A stretch of 64,000 nt of DNA from positions 15,731,677 to 15,795,676 of the forward strand of contig NC_057751.1 in the NCBI RefSeq assembly GCF_004010195.1, given 5' to 3'. The notes under the pieces were generated by a model. That model did no database searches, was not told the origin of the DNA, and worked only from the letters and a program-made list of their open reading frames with translations. Of the stretch, positions 53,765 through 64,000 are shown piece by piece (positions within the stretch are counted from its first letter, which is position 1; each line of letters opens with the position of its first letter). The position numbers were made by a program, and so were the translations under genes. The stretch is from Chiloscyllium plagiosum (lineage: Eukaryota).

Positions 53765-55640
53765 AAATAGAACAAAGGACAAAGAAAATTTACAGCCCAG
53801 GAACAAGCTCTTCGGCCCTTCAAGCCTGAGCCGATCTAAATCCACTGTCTAAACCTGTCGGCCAATTCCTAAGCATCTGTATCCCTCTACTCCCCACCTA
53901 CTCATGCATCTGTCCAGACATCTTAAATGAATCTACTGTGCCTGCCTCTACCACCTCTGCTGGCAACGTGTTCCAGACGCCCACCACCCTCTGTGTGAAG
54001 TACTTGCCGCGTGCATCCCCCTTAAACATTCCACGTCTCACCTTGAAAGCATGACCTCTCATTATTGAATCCTTCACCCTGGGAAACAGCTTGTCTCTAT
54101 CCACCTCGTCTATACCCTTCATGATTTTGTAAACCTCAATCAGGTCCCCCTCAATCTCCTTTTTTCTAATGAAAATAAACCGAACCTACTCAACCTCTCT
54201 TCATAGCTAGCACCTTCCATACCAAGCAACATCCTCATGAACCTTCTCTGCACCCTCTCCAAAGTGTCCACAGCCTTTTGGAAATGTGGTGACCAGAACT
54301 GTACACAGTATTCTAAATGCAGCTGAACCAATACCTTGTACAATTTTAATATGACCTGCCAGCTCTTAGACTCGATACCCCGCCCAATGAAGGCAAGCAA
54401 ACTATACGCCTTCTTGACCACTCTAGCCACCTGTGCAGCAACCTCCAGGGTACAACTCAAGGGCTGAGTTTGAATCCCACAGTAGGGGCTGTTAGATTTT
54501 AAACAGAATTAATGAATAATTCTGGAATAAAATTATCGGATCTCATTAAGAGCAATCACAACCTGTTGGATTGCTGGAAAAATCTATCTGGTTCACTGGT
54601 ACCATTCGGGGAAGGAAGTCTAGCATCCTTACATGCCGTGACCTAGACGCTCTCATCCCATCAATCAGAGTCGGAGAGTCATACAGCACAGAAACAGACC
54701 CTTCAGCCCAACCAGTCCATGCTGATCATAATCCCAAACCAAACTAGTCCCCCCACCGCCTGCGTTTGACCCATATCCTTTCAAACCTTTCCTATTCATG
54801 TACATATCCAAACGCTTTTTAAACGTTCTAACTGTATTTGCATTTACCACTTCCTCTGGGAGTTCATTCCACACACAAATCACACTCTGTGTAAAAAATG
54901 TGTCTTTTTAAATCTTTCTTCACTCACTTTAATAATATGCCCTGAGTCTTGAAATGCCCCACCCCAGGGAAAAGATATCTGCCATTCATCTTACATGTGC
55001 CCCTCATGATTTTATAAACCTTTAGAAAGGTCACCTCCCAACCTCCCGTGCTCCAGTGAAAGAAGTCCCAGCCTGTCCAGCCTCTCTCCGAACTCAAACC
55101 CTCCACTCCCAGCAACATTCAGGTAAATCTCTTCTGAACCCTCTACAGCTTAATAGCATCCTTCCTACAGCAGGTCGACCAGAACTGAACACTACCCCAG
55201 AAGAGGCCTGACCAAAGTTCTGAATAGCCTGAACGTAATGTCCCAACTCCTATACTCAACGGTCTGAGCAATGCAGGCAAGTATGCTGAACACCTTCTTA
55301 AACACCCTGTCAATATGTGATGCAAACTTGAAGGAGTTACGTACTTCAATCTCTCGGTCTCTCTGTTCTACAACACTACCAAAGGCCCTACTTTCAATTG
55401 TCTAAGTCTTGCCTTTGCTTGTTTCATCATTTATCACATTTATCCAAACTAAACTCCATCTGTCACTCTTCAGCCCATTGACCCATTTGATCAAGATCTC
55501 TTTGTAATCTTCCATAACCTTCTTCACTGTCCATTATACCATTAATCTTGCATACTTAGTAACCATGCTTCCTCTATGTTCGTTTATATAAATGACAAAT
55601 AAAAAATGGACTCATCAGCAATCCCTGTGGAACACTGCTT
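53765..55640 (-). mobile_element. Cluster of CR1-type LINE 3' fragments
   Basis: LEYCVQFWSPH..LERVQRRF, FTQRVVGVWN motifs. Confidence 0.85.
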
Positions 55641-56632
55641 GGCAAAGAACAGAAGAAAATCTCTGCCAATGGGCTAGCACAGACATCGCTGGACTGAGTG
55701 GCTTTCCACAGTCTGCAGAATATTCTCTACCACAACGTTTACAGACACTGTGGCACGCTGGCATGTAGTAGGAGTTATCTTAATACATGGGACCCTGATT
55801 TTACAGACAAAAAGATCATATATCCACACCATGCCTGCTTCAATTCAACACAATAGGTAGCAGCCATTCACAAGGCAGGGTAATGTCTTGATCACCCAGT
55901 CCATCTGCCTGGTTCACAATGTAAATAAAGCCTGGCAGTTAACTGTCACTCATCATGAACTGGTGATGATCCACAAGGAGGCTACTAACTTGCAACAGTC
56001 AAAAGGCATGAATGGAATAGGAATGAATATGAATATGAATAGGAAGGGTTTGGAGGAATATGGGCCGGGTGTTGGCAGGTGGGACTAGGTTGGGTCGGGA
56101 TATCTGGTCGGCATGGATAGGTTCGACCGAAGGGTCTGTTTCCATGCTGTACATCTCCATGGCTCTATAATCAGGGTCCACATATTAGCCAATCAGTGTT
56201 CTCCTCTCATTTGGTATTAATGTTGAGTCACCCATGAATTGGTATTAATACGAATTGTCCTGAGGAGCGCAAGATGGAAGGTTTTGATAAAATATTTGCT
56301 GTTCAGCAAAACTGAAGTTATGCATCACAAGATTACAAAATGCCAACTTTCTCAAGGAAGGAATAACCAGTAAATTGGGGCGGTGGGGGGGAGGGGAGCG
56401 ATGCGGATGAGACCATGCTTCAGAAACAGACAAGGGCAGCACATGGTATAACTCTGCTGTTGGTGGATAGTGTTACATTGCCCAGCAGACTGCTTGCCCA
56501 GATGGACCAGTTGGCTCTCAGCTCCAATGAATGGGACAAGGGAAATAACACAAGCACGAGGTCACAGATTAGACCAAAGCACGGCTGGGATTTTTAGTTT
56601 CGGAAGGAAAGGCCCAGCGCAGTGTGACTTAC

Positions 56633-56814
56633 TGCACGGTTACTGTCAAAGAGTTCCAGCGAGACAAAAGGTGGGCACTCAACTACTTCCCTCAGATTGC
56701 CGTAGATTTCCACCTCCTCAAAAATCAGCGTCTGGTCCCAGATAGGGTTCAGAGTCCCTCTGATAATGTCTGTGCGTTTGCTCTGGTGCAGGAGTGACAC
56801 TTGAATGTAAGGGT
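56633..56814 (-). CDS. FER1L5: Ferlin exon (C2): DPYIQVSLLHQSKRTDIIRGTLNPIWDQTLIFEEVEIYG...LELFDSNRA
   Basis: tttcag acceptor, gtaag donor, 182 nt; TLNPxWDQTLIF motif. Confidence 0.93.
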
Positions 56815-57039
56815 CTGAAACAAAAGGAGAAATTATACAATTAAAGGTCAGAGCCCTGGGTACGGGATATCTCCTGTTTGGATGCATACAGTGACAATGA
56901 TACGTCTGACCAGAGCGCCATGGAGTGAGAATCACGAAGCATGACCCTGTTTTGCAGCAGGAGAAACTGACAGAATCGAATCCTGGATCACACTCACTAA
57001 TGCCACAGTCACAACTTCCTGCCAATACAGGTGTCACTT

Positions 57040-58410
57040 CCAGGACAGCACGGGGTGAGATACAGAGTAAACGTCCCTCGACACTGTCCCCCCATCAAAC
57101 ACTCCCAGGACAGGGACAGCACAGGGTTAGATACAGAGTAAAGCTCCCTCTACACTGTCCCCATCAAGCACTCCCAGGGCAGGGACAGCACGGGGTTAGA
57201 TATAGAGTTAAAGCTCCCTCTACACTGTCCAACCATCGAAAACTCTCAGGACAGGGACAGCATGGGGTGAGATACAGAGTAAAGCTCTGTCTGTACACTG
57301 TCCCCCCCATCGAACACTCCCAAGACAGGGATAGCGCGGGTTTAGATACAGAGTAAAGCTCTCTCTACACTGTCCCCCATTGACCACTTCCAGGACAGGG
57401 ACAGCACGGGGTTAGATACACAGTAAAGCTCCCTCTACACTGTCCTCCATCATATACCCCCAGGACAGGGACAGCACGGGGTTAGATACAGAGTAAAGCT
57501 GCCTCTACACTGTCCCCCCCATTGAACACTCCCAGGACAGGGACAGCACGGGGTTAGATACAGAGTAAAGCTCTATCGACACTGTCCCCCCATCAAACAC
57601 TCCCAGGACAGGGACAGCACAGGGTTAGATACAGAGTAAAAAAGCTCCCTCTACACTGTCCCTCATCAAACACTCCCAGGACAGGGACAGCACGGGGTTA
57701 GATATAGAGTAAAGGTCTCTCTACACTGTCCCCCATCAAACACTCCCAGGACTGGGACAGCACGGGGTTAGATACAGAGTATAGCTCCCTCTACACTGTC
57801 CCCATCAAACACTCCCAGGACAAGGACAGCTCGGGGTTAGATACAGAGTAAAGCTCCCTCTACACTGTCCCCCCATTGAACACTCCCAGGACAGGGACAG
57901 TGCGGGGTTAGGTACAGAGTAAAGCTCCCTCTACACTATCCTCTATCAAACACTCCCAGGACTGGGCCAGCACGGGTTTAGCTACAGAGTAAAGCTCCCT
58001 CTACACTGTCCCCATTAAATACTCCCAGGGCAGGGACAGCACGGGGTTAGATACAGAGTAAAGCTCTGTCTGTACACTGTCCCCCCCATCAAACACTCCC
58101 AGGACAGGGACAGCATGGGGTTAGATACAGAGTAAAGCTCTCTCTACACTGTCCCCCATCAAACACTCCCAGGACAGGGACAGCATAGGGTGAGATACAG
58201 AGTAAAGCTCTCTCTACACTGTCCCCCGATCGAACACTCCCAGGACAGGGACAGCACGGGGTTAGATACAGAGTAAAATTGCCTCTACACTGTCCCCCCC
58301 TTCAAACACTCCCAGGACAGGGACAGCACAGGGTTAGATGCAGAGTAAAGGTTCCCTACGCTGTCTCCATGCACAACCAGGACAGATAAAGCCTGGGGTT
58401 AGATACAAAG
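57040..58410 (+). repeat. ~70-bp minisatellite array (about 19 units)
   Basis: Same unit, head-to-tail. Confidence 0.97.
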
Positions 58411-58502
58411 CATACACGAGCACAATCCTGCTCTACATGTGGACCGCCTGCACATCCGACTGCACACAGATCTAAGAACTTATACCTTGTTAACCTACTA
58501 AC

Positions 58503-58580
58503 CTGCAGAGCTGCTGATATCAGTGGGGAGCAAACCTCTTGCCTGATAAATGTAGCCACGAAACTGGAAGGCATTGGGTG
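58503..58580 (-). CDS. FER1L5: Ferlin exon (C2 start): PPNAFQFRGYIYQARGLLPTDISSSA
   Basis: ttacacag acceptor, gttagt donor, 78 nt, phase 1->1; YIYQARxL motif. Confidence 0.9.
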
Positions 58581-58605
58581 CTGTGTAAAGGAAGAGAAGA
58601 TGACG

Positions 58606-59891
58606 GAATGGATCAAGAGAATCGCTAACCATTGTGCAAAAATGTTCATCCTCCCCCCTCACTGAGACGAGCGGACCGATATCCTGCTCATGCTATAACC
58701 ACACAATTACCCGTTGAGTCTTTCTGATCCCACCATGTTAAAACAGGACACTCCAATGTATTATCACGGTTTGAACAAAGAATTTTTCTTTTCCTCAGTA
58801 TCACAGAATGGAGGCACACGTTGTCAACACCACATTCATCAGGACAAATGCCAAAGTTCAAATGCCCACTACATTTTATCCTGCGGGGTTCTGATCAGTT
58901 TGCAAGTTAACTCTTACTGGCCACGTGTTGCCTGCAAAAATAATATTAACAACTTGTGCGTTTGGAATGGATCAAGAGAATCGCTAACCATTGTGCAAAA
59001 ATGTTCATCCTCCCCCCTCACTGAGACCAGCGGACCGATATCCTGCTCATGCTATAACCACACAATTACTCGTTGAGTCCTTCTGATCCCACCATGTTAA
59101 AACAGGACACTCCAATGTGAAATTCTTCATTGGCTGTCCTGAGTTGGGGGTGAAAGATGATATGGAAATGCAGGTCTTTCCCTGTTTTCCCCTCCAGCCT
59201 TTAGATTACATTATCCACACGGATTGCGCTTCCAGTTCTGAGATTCACTTCAGCAAATTTCCTGTTGTCTTGAGACTGAGGTTTGAACAAAGAATTTTTC
59301 TTTTCCTCAGTATCACAGAATGGAGACACACGTTGTCAACACCACGTTCATCAGGACAAATGCCAAAGTTCAAATGCCCACTACATTTTATCCTGCGGGG
59401 TTCTGATTGGTTTGCAAGTTAACTCTTACTGGCCACGTGTTGCCTGCAAAAATAATATTAACAACTTGTGCGTTTTTGCAATTACTGCAGGTCGGAGGGA
59501 CCCTGCAGTTGCCGGTTGCTTTTGCCTCAGCCAATCAGAGTATAAATTGTAGCGATCATTTGAAACTTGGCATTCGCACATTTGTCCTGATCAGCGCAAG
59601 ACAAAAGTCGGCCACAACCTGCCTCTCGGTTCAGTGAGATTCTGGTTTGAATTTCTCCTAAAGCTTCATCTTAAAACGGGAGCTGAATATTGTAATGCTT
59701 TAAATATATACTTTCCGCCCGAATGCCTCAGTCTCAAGTCAACAGGAAATTTGCTGAAGTGAATCTCAGAACTGGAAGCGCAATCCGTGTGGATAATGTA
59801 ATCTAAAGGCTGGAGGGGAAAACAGGGAAAGACCTGCATTTCCGTATCATCTTTCACCCCCAACTCAGGACAGCCAATGAAGAATTTCACA
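58606..59891. repeat. Complex local duplication A-B-A-C-B-D-C' with a 166-bp inverted repeat
   Basis: A about 58606-58759 and 58965-59118; B about 58769-58964 and 59281-59474; C 59116-59281 is the reverse complement of 59726-59891. Confidence 0.9.
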
Positions 59892-60196
59892 AAGAGGAGT
59901 CCGTGCTGTATGGCAGGAAATGTGGCAGCCAGTTTGCATGCAGCAAGCTCCCACCAAAAGCAAGGTGAACAATGACTGAATCATCTGGTTTGGTCATGTC
60001 GACTGAGGGACAAATATTGACCAGGGCGAACTCGCCCAGCTCTCCTTCAATGAGCATCATGTGACCTTTCACATCCTCTTGAGTGGACAGAGAGGGTCCA
60101 GTTTAATATCACAGTGAAACGACAATGAAGCAGTCCATAAGTACAGCACTGGAGTGGTGAGAGTGCCACAGTTCTCGCAAACCACCTTAAACTTAC

Positions 60197-60308
60197 GGTC
60201 CAGAATGCAAGATATAAAGGGCGCAGTCATCCCGTAAAGTTCCTGATGGCCAACAGGCTTCTCCTGTTCCTCAAGATCCTCTAGGTGCACCTCACTGCTT
60301 TCCCGACA
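60197..60308 (-). CDS. FER1L5: Ferlin exon: CRESSEVHLEDLEEQEKPVGHQELYGMTAPFISCILD
   Basis: ccttttctag acceptor, gtaag donor, 112 nt, phase 0->1; end resembles the ferlin P(I/F)xSC motif. Confidence 0.8.
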
Positions 60309-60552
60309 CTAGAAAAGGTAACAGGCAGGCTCTCACACACAGCACTTCCTCAACGAACACTCATCAACCCACCAATTCTCTACCCAAATGTCGAGGCAGC
60401 TCTCACTCTGTATCAGCTCGCACTCATCAAGCGAAGCATCTCTGCTTTACAGAGATTACAGCCCCTTCTTAAACTTCAGGCAGCCTGTGGTAACACCGAG
60501 TACTGCGTACAGAGCACAGTTAGAACCACAGTTAGAACCAGAGAAATGGTTC

Positions 60553-61212
60553 CTCTGCACTGTCCCCATCAAACACTCCCAGGACAGGGACAGCACGGGG
60601 TTAGATACAGAGTAAAGCTCTATCTATACTGTCCCCCATCAACACTCCCAGGACAGGGATAGCACGGGGTTAGATACAGAGTAAAGATCTCTCTACACTG
60701 TCCCCCCATCAAACACTCCCAGGACAGGGACAGCACAGGATTAGATACAGAGTAAAGCTCTCTCTACACTGTCCCCCCATCGAACACTCCCAGGACAGGG
60801 ACAGCATGATGTTCGATACAGAGTAAAGCTCTCTCTACACTGTCCCCATCAAACAATCCCAGGACAGGGACAGCACGGGGTTAGATACAGAGTAAAGCTT
60901 CCTCTACACTGTCCCCCCATCAAACAGTCCCAGGACAAGGACAGCACGGGGTTAGATACAGAGTAAAGCTCTCTCTACACTGTCCCCCATCAAACACCCC
61001 CAGGACAGGCACAGCACGGGGTTAGATACACAGTAAAGCTCTCTCTACACTGTCCCCCCATCAAACACACCCAGAACAGGGACAGCACGAGATTAGACAC
61101 AGAGTAAAGCTCCCCCTACATTCTTCCCATCAAACACTCCTAGAATAAAGATGCCTGTATTGTTTTCATGTGAAAGTGAAGTTCTCTCTACTTTGTCCCC
61201 ATCAAACATTCC
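60553..61212 (+). repeat. ~70-bp minisatellite array (about 9 units)
   Basis: Same unit, head-to-tail. Confidence 0.95.
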
Positions 61213-61284
61213 AAGGAAAGGTCCAATCAAGAGTAGGTACTATTTTCAGAAATGTCAAGGAAAGGCAGCATAGATGGCAGAAAG

Positions 61285-61570
61285 GTTCAGTGGTTCGCGC
61301 TGCTGCCTCACAGTGCCAGGGACCCGTGTTCGTTTCCACCCTGGGGTGACTGTCTGTGTGGAGTTTGCATATCCTCCCTGTTTCTGTGGGGGTTTCCTCC
61401 CACAATCCAAAGTTGTACAGGTGAGGGTGGATTGGCCATGCTAAATTATCCCATAGTGTCCAGGCTAGGAAAGTGAGCCTTGAGAAATGCAGGGTGACCG
61501 TAGGTCGGGGAGGAATGCTCTTGAAAGGGTCGCTGTGGCCTGTTGCCACACTAAGGTGTCGATGATTCTA
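61285..61570 (+). mobile_element. HE1-like SINE, degenerate
   Basis: cagtggttcgcgctgctgcctcacagtgccagggacc head. Confidence 0.8.
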
Positions 61571-62165
61571 TGAAGCCACGTTAACACTTCATAATTCACT
61601 GGCAAGGCTTCAGGTGAAGGATTGTGTCCAAATTTTGGTGCTGGGGCGCTTGAGGATGCAAGTCATTGGAGAGGATGCAGAGGGGACTCAACCCAGGATG
61701 GTACACAAAACCTTCCATTTACTGGTGGGCCGAAGAGCCTGCTTCCACACTGCAGGGATTCGATGGTTTGGAGGTGAGAACGGAGAAGGTGGACTTTGAT
61801 TCTCCTTCAAAAATAACCGCACCACCTGAATGGGTATTGGGGGCCAATTCTATCGCCACTTTCAGAAGGAAAGTTTGATAAATGCAGGCAATTTTCAGGG
61901 CAGTGGAGAAATGAATAACTGGATTGTGTTTTCAAGGTGATGACACAGGCAATGGATAGGCTGAAAGACCTCCCTTTCCACGCAGTGCAAATCTATACCC
62001 GATCACTGCTCTGTGGTGCTATCGTAGCTGTCATCTACTAACAACCAGTGTGGGTCAGTTTTTTGGCAAACCCCTCCTCTCTTCTGGTTGACAAGTTTCA
62101 GCTAATTTGGTCCCAAAGTACCGTTGAGCAAGTGACTGACCGCCTAACAGCACCGGGAAACATAC

Positions 62166-62333
62166 CAAAGAGCCTTCCAGCCTGAAAATGGCCGCCGGGC
62201 CCATCTGCTCCTTGGGGATTAGTCGTCTTCTCCAGCGCCTGCGGCGGTAAATGTCTCCCTTGTTCTGTTTTATGTGGAACTTCCAGCCAAACAGAGGGGC
62301 GTACTCCCAGCCATCCTGATCAATCTCTTCTCT
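62166..62333 (-). CDS. FER1L5: Ferlin exon (outer DysF C-part): REEIDQDGWEYAPLFGWKFH...RRRRWRRRL...IFRLEGSL
   Basis: cacacag acceptor, gtatg donor, 168 nt, phase 0->0. Confidence 0.92.
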
Positions 62334-63208
62334 CTGTGTGAGGAACATCAGATCGTAAATTGGAACGCCAATGTTTCAAATAGTCATGGTGCGGCCCTGG
62401 GAATGCTCCTAAAAGGAAGCCCCTGACTGGTTGCACACGTCCTCACTCGATGTGAAGGCTTGAGGGTGCACTGTTTTGATCAAGTGAGAGCAATCACGAT
62501 CTTAAAGTTAGAGTCAGGACACTTAGAAGTGAAATGAGAATGTTTTAAGGAGGGAATTCCAGAACTTGGAGTCCAGGGGACTGACAGCACAGCTGTCAAT
62601 GGTATGATTAAAGTCAGGATCGCTCCAGAGGCCATGAATGCAGATAAATGGAGAGGAGTGTAAGGTCGGGAAGATTACAGAGCTCGGGAGGGAATGAGGC
62701 CTCAGAGGAATTTGAGAATTTTAAGATCGAGGTGTCGTTGACGAGGAGCTTAGGGCAGGGGATGACAGGGGAAGTGGACTTGAACATCGAAAGACAGGCC
62801 ACAGAATTTTGAGTGACCTCGACAGAGTGTGGGAGACCAGGCAGGTGTGTTTTGGAATAGTCAAGTCAAGAGGGAATGGAGGCAGGGATGAGGGTTTTAG
62901 TCACAGGTGAGTTGGTGTTATGTGGGAAAGGCAGCAGCTAACGAAAGTACAGCAACCTCCCATCAACGATGACATGATGACGACAAGGTGAGCTGGTTTA
63001 TTTGGGGAAAATAACCACCGACGGGACACCAGGGACAAGTCCCCTGCTCTTTCTGAAAATAAGCCAAGGGTCCCTCAACGTCCACCCGAGGTAGGGGGAA
63101 ATGGTTTAAAGTTTCAAACGGCAGATGGGTTCCTCCAATATAACCGCTGGAACCCACTTCCCCCCCATCCCCACGAACGTGGCACGTACCAATACTGTGA
63201 CAGCTCAC

Positions 63209-63348
63209 CTTCATCTGGCGAGAGCGATCAGGCTTCCTCATGCGCTCGCGCTTCCACCGTCGTCGCCGGTTTGTGTGGTAGGCTTTCTCCGTGGGGTTCC
63301 AGTGCCTTGGCATCGTCTCTGGTGGAACAGCCTTTCCATACTCCCATC
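63209..63348 (-). CDS. FER1L5: Ferlin exon (inner DysF C-part): GWEYGKAVPPETMPRHWNPTEKAYHTNRRRRWKRERMRKPDRSRQMK
   Basis: ttttgcag acceptor, gtgag donor, 140 nt, phase 1->0; DysF GWEY/RRRRW motifs. Confidence 0.92.
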
Positions 63349-63754
63349 CTGCAAAATGGAGCAGAGGGCACGTTGTGGTAACAACCACCAAATCGCCTTG
63401 GCCCCCCAAGGTGAGGAATCAGCAACCGGAGAGGGGCGGTGTCAAAGGGACTCACACCACAGACTTGGTGAGGGCCCCTGGAGTTGTAGACACTGCTGTA
63501 GTGTTGGGCACAGACGGCTCCAACACGCAGCAGGTATATATGACCAGGTAGGCTGCTTCACTGACCAGCATGGTGGGATAAATATTGGCCTCTCTTTGAA
63601 ATAGTGCAGACACTGCTTTTACACTCACTTCACTTCTTTATATGAAAATTGACACCCTCAACTGGGCCATCGACTTTCACTGTTGTCTGACAGTGCAATG
63701 CTTCGTCAGTGCAGTTGCTCAGGATGCGCTGCACTGCAGCAACACAGACACACA

Positions 63755-64000
63755 GACAGTGCGGCGCTCCCTCAGTACTGACCCTCCAACAGTGCGCCGC
63801 TGCCCCAGTACTGATGTTCCAACAGTGTGGCACTCCCTCAGCACTGACGCTCTGACAATGTGGCACTCCCTCAGCACTGACCCTCTGACAGTGCGGCACT
63901 CCCTCAGTACTGACCCTCTGACAATGTGGCACTGCCTCAGCACTGACCCTCCGACAGTGCAGTACTGCCTCAGCACTGACCCTCTGACAATGTGGCACTC
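63755..64000 (+). repeat. 33-bp tandem repeat (about 7+ units, runs off the window)
   Basis: Unit gcactccctcagtactgaccctctgacagtgcg. Confidence 0.9.

Noticed and set aside
56925..57356. Satellite-spanning ORFs (also 41059-41262, 60285-60662)
   Set aside because: Open frames produced by the tandem unit; no coding signature
63630..63998. Cys/His repeat protein ORF
   Set aside because: Translation artefact of a 33-bp tandem repeat

Overview
Eukaryotic (cartilaginous fish, most likely shark) genomic DNA, inferred from the repeat families present. Almost the whole window is the 3' half of one type-1 ferlin gene on the minus strand. I reconstructed 26 coding exons by hand (63348 down to 3270; 3341 nt, about 1112 aa), all with GT-AG sites and one continuous reading frame. 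They encode DysF-C, the C-terminal C2 domains, the transmembrane helix and a luminal tail. Recalled diagnostic motifs ([33 protein letters not shown]) fit FER1L5/'myoferlin-like' better than DYSF or MYOF; this has not been checked by alignment. The introns contain CR1-type LINE fragments, tRNA-derived HE1-like SINEs, Penelope-like elements with degenerate minimal hammerhead ribozymes, five co-oriented ~70-bp minisatellite arrays, other tandem repeats, a complex templated duplication/inversion and one 56-N gap. Best leads: (i) inverted SINEs flank the TM exon, and skipping it gives an immediate stop in the last exon (soluble ferlin); (ii) the ~70-bp satellite appears to supply the branch point and pyrimidine tract of the terminal exon; (iii) hammerhead relics show a strand bias; (iv) a possible first coding exon of a downstream gene lies at 1279-1314.
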